From Deltaproteobacteria bacterium (GTDB lineage: Bacteria > Myxococcota_A > Polyangia > Polyangiales > JADJMO01), in the NCBI GenBank assembly GCA_022843175.1, contig JALHOE010000006.1, forward strand, positions 13,985 through 77,984: DNA of 64,000 nt, given 5' to 3'. Positions within the stretch are counted from its first letter, which is position 1. Each line of letters opens with the position of its first letter. Positions 61,944 through 64,000 of this stretch are shown here, piece by piece. A program made the position numbers and the translations under genes. The notes beneath the pieces are model-generated. The model made no database searches, was not told the DNA's origin, and worked only from the letters and a program-made list of their open reading frames with translations.

Positions 61944-63068
61944 ATGAGTCGGATCCTCCTCTCCATCCCCCATATGGGCGGTAACGAACAGCGGTACGTC
62001 CAAGAGGCGTTCGACTCGAACTGGGTCTCGACGGTCGGCCCGAATCTTGGCGCGTTCGAGGAGGCCTTCCGGCAACTCATCGGGCATCCGTGCGTGGCGC
62101 TCGCGAGCGGCACCGCCGCGATCCATCTCGGGCTGCGACTGCTCGGCGTGGGTCCGGGCGATGAGGTCGTCTGCCCCACGTTGACCTTCGTCGCCACCGT
62201 CAATCCCGTTGTGTACCTGGGCGCGCGCCCGATCTTCGTCGATAGCGACCGGCTGAGCTGGAACCTCGACCCGCTGGCGCTCGCCGAGCTGCTGGAGTTA
62301 CGCGCGCGGGCAGGCATTCGCCCGAAGTGCGTCATCGCCGTCGACCTCTTCGGGCAGAGCGCCGACATCGACGCGATCCAGGAAATCTGCGCCCACTACG
62401 ACATCCCCGTGCTCGAGGACGCCGCCGAGGCGCTCGGCGCCACCTATAAGGGCGTGCCCGCCGGCAGCAAGGCGCCGATCTCGGTGTACTCCTTCAACGG
62501 CAACAAGATCATCACCACCAGCGGCGGCGGCATGCTCGTCGCGCACGACCAAAAATTGATCGATCGTGCCCGACACTGGTCGACGCAGGCTCGGGAGCCC
62601 GGGCTCGCGTACCACCACCTGGAGATGGGCTACAATTACCGGCTGAGCAACGTCCTCGCGGGCATCGGCCGAGGGCAGCTCGAGGTGCTCGATGAGCGCG
62701 TGCGGCAGCGTCGCGCCGTCGCCGCGCGCTATCGCGCGGCCTTCGCCGGGGTGCCGGGGCTCGAGGCGATGCCCGACGCCCCGTTCGGGGTGCCGACGAA
62801 CTGGCTCAGTGTGTTCCTGGTAGACCCGGCAGCGTTCGGCGCGACCCGCGACGAGCTCATCGCTGCGCTCGACCGCGCGGCCATTGAGTCTCGCCCGGTC
62901 TGGAAACCCATGCACCTTCAGCCGATCTACGAGAGCGCGCTGCGGCACCGCGGCGCGATCGCCGAAGACCTGTTCGCTCGGGGAATCTGCCTCCCGAGCT
63001 CGAGCTCGCTCTCGACCACCGATCAAGACCGCGTGATCGAGGTCGTCCAGGCGACGGCGCGTCGCTGA
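61944..63068 (+). CDS. DegT-family aminotransferase (PglE/EpsN-like)
   Basis: 374 aa. Matches are LSIPHMGGNEQRYVQEAFDSNWVSTVGP, SGTAAIHL and YSFNGNKIITTSGGG (the PLP Lys). Confidence 0.86.
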   Translation: MSRILLSIPHMGGNEQRYVQEAFDSNWVSTVGPNLGAFEEAFRQLIGHPCVALASGTAAIHLGLRLLGVGPGDEVVCPTLTFVATVNPVVYLGARPIFVDSDRLSWNLDPLALAELLELRARAGIRPKCVIAVDLFGQSADIDAIQEICAHYDIPVLEDAAEALGATYKGVPAGSKAPISVYSFNGNKIITTSGGGMLVAHDQKLIDRARHWSTQAREPGLAYHHLEMGYNYRLSNVLAGIGRGQLEVLDERVRQRRAVAARYRAAFAGVPGLEAMPDAPFGVPTNWLSVFLVDPAAFGATRDELIAALDRAAIESRPVWKPMHLQPIYESALRHRGAIAEDLFARGICLPSSSSLSTTDQDRVIEVVQATARR

Positions 63069-63078
63069 GGAGCTTCAG

Positions 63079-64000
63079 GTGAAGGAGGCGGGCAATGCGG
63101 CCGAGAACAGCGCCGCTACGACGCTGGCTGCTGTCGCAGCCCCGCTGACGATCGCATTGCTCCTGTTCGGTGGGGCGATCTGGTGGTCGCTCGTCGCGAT
63201 CGCCCTCGCGGTCACCACGTCCGGAGTACTACTCCGACGAAGGCTCTACGCACTCCCAGCGCGCGGGCCGATGCGTTGGGCTTCCCTCGCGCTCTGGGGC
63301 ATGGCGCTGTGGTCCTTGATCCAGCTCGTCCCCCTGCCCCTCGGCTTTCTGCGCGTGATCGCCCCCCGAGTCGCCGCCGACTGGGCCGACGCATTCACGG
63401 CTATCGAGCCGGCGAGGTGGGCTGCGCCCCTCAGCCTCGACCCGCCGGCGACCGCGTTCATGGCGCTGACGACAGCCGTCGCAGCTGCGACGTTTGATGT
63501 CACGTCGTCGATGGCGCGTCCGCGCGGCGGCCGCTCGATGGTCGCCAGCGCCGTGCTGATCGCGCTCACCTGCTTCCTCGTCGTCGCGCTCGCCCACCCG
63601 CTCGCGGGTCTCGATCGACCGTACGGTATCTACGCACCGCTCGAGATCCGTGTCTTCTACCTCCCGATCCTTCCCACTCTGCTGAACCCGAACCACGCCG
63701 CTGCCGCCGCGGCCATCGCGCCACCGCTCTTCATCGCCGTCGCGCTCGATCGCGAGCGGGGTGCCGTTCGCGGGCTCGCGGCCGTCCTCGCGATCGTCGC
63801 CGCTGCCGTGACGCTCCTCACCCTCAGCCGTAGCGGGGCGGCCGTGGTGATCGCCGAGATGCTCGTCATGACCGGCTACGTCCTCACACGCGGCTCGCGC
63901 TCGACGCGCGCGCGCGCGGCCGCGCTGGCCGTCGGAATTGGGGGTGCGGCGGCGCTCCTCGCGGGCATCGTCGCGCTCCCCGCACTGTTGCGCCAGGCCG
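63079..64000 (+). CDS. O-antigen ligase (Wzy_C)-family membrane protein, 3'-truncated by the window edge
   Basis: This gene is not in the ORF track because it has no stop inside the window. My own translation from the GTG at 63079 is VKEAGNAAENSAATTLAAVAAPLTIALLLFGG...LLNPNHAAAAAAIAPPLFIAV...LLTLSRSGAAVVIAEML. It is hydrophobic throughout, and NPNH plus TLSRSG are typical ligase-family motifs. Confidence 0.6.
   Translation, partial: MKEAGNAAENSAATTLAAVAAPLTIALLLFGGAIWWSLVAIALAVTTSGVLLRRRLYALPARGPMRWASLALWGMALWSLIQLVPLPLGFLRVIAPRVAADWADAFTAIEPARWAAPLSLDPPATAFMALTTAVAAATFDVTSSMARPRGGRSMVASAVLIALTCFLVVALAHPLAGLDRPYGIYAPLEIRVFYLPILPTLLNPNHAAAAAAIAPPLFIAVALDRERGAVRGLAAVLAIVAAAVTLLTLSRSGAAVVIAEMLVMTGYVLTRGSRSTRARAAALAVGIGGAAALLAGIVALPALLRQA

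Noticed and set aside
1-64000. A prophage, transposon, integron or toxin-antitoxin/defence island.
   Set aside because: I recognised no integrase, transposase, recombinase, phage structural, restriction-modification, Cas, or obvious TA or defence-domain proteins in any frame. The only mobile-looking signal is the REP-like element.

Overview
This is a high-GC bacterial chromosomal window that is almost fully coding. I called about 50 CDS, one tRNA, and no rRNA, CRISPR array, transposase or integrase. The gene content points to a myxobacterium, which is inference only: a MYXO-CTERM-like tail, a DUF1552/DUF1592-type pair, a Ser/Thr kinase with PP2C, and Cys-rich repeat lipoproteins.

**Positions 1-16.4 kb** hold mostly housekeeping and envelope genes:
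- the 3' part of dnaE2
- an ArsR/SdpI pair
- pheT
- a polyprenyl synthase and a polyprenol-P-mannose synthase
- a UvrD-family helicase
- a DegT / LbH-acetyltransferase / 3D-domain operon
- a PP2C phosphatase

**Positions 16.5-21.6 kb** hold a divergent four-gene envelope cluster of unknown function: a Tat-signal DUF1552 protein, a DUF1592-family lipoprotein, a beta-barrel OMP with a K/D linker, and a PSCyt-like lipoprotein with a CX4CH motif.

**Positions 21.6-35.8 kb** hold:
- a PHP tyrosine phosphatase
- a ParA-like ATPase with two N-terminal TRASH-pattern zinc ribbons, followed by a small RHH protein
- a gldA/gldF/gldG-like ABC operon with a DUF4340 gene
- galE
- a zinc-ribbon Ser/Thr kinase

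**Positions 35.9-64 kb**, starting 15 bp from tRNA-Cys, hold a surface-glycan locus of about 28 kb:
- a priming sugar transferase, GT4, heparinase II/III-like protein, AsnB and a CapD/PglF-like dehydratase
- a full pseudaminic-acid-type set (PseB, PseC, fused PseG-PseH, PseI, a cytidylyltransferase)
- a WbpG/HisH/HisF-type amidino trio, a methyltransferase and two oxidoreductases
- a fibrinogen-like (YCDxxxxGGGW) lipoprotein
- Wzx- and Wzy-like membrane proteins
- a 1077-aa FG-GAP protein with a MYXO-CTERM tail

**Non-coding signals** are:
- a 24-nt hairpin element present six times at three convergent gene junctions
- an inverted pair of hexanucleotide microsatellite arrays after dnaE2
- an AT-rich perfect 16-bp palindrome

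**Limits.** Every call comes from reading the translations and sequence by eye. No database search or folding program was run. Start codons were chosen by hand and are the least certain part.
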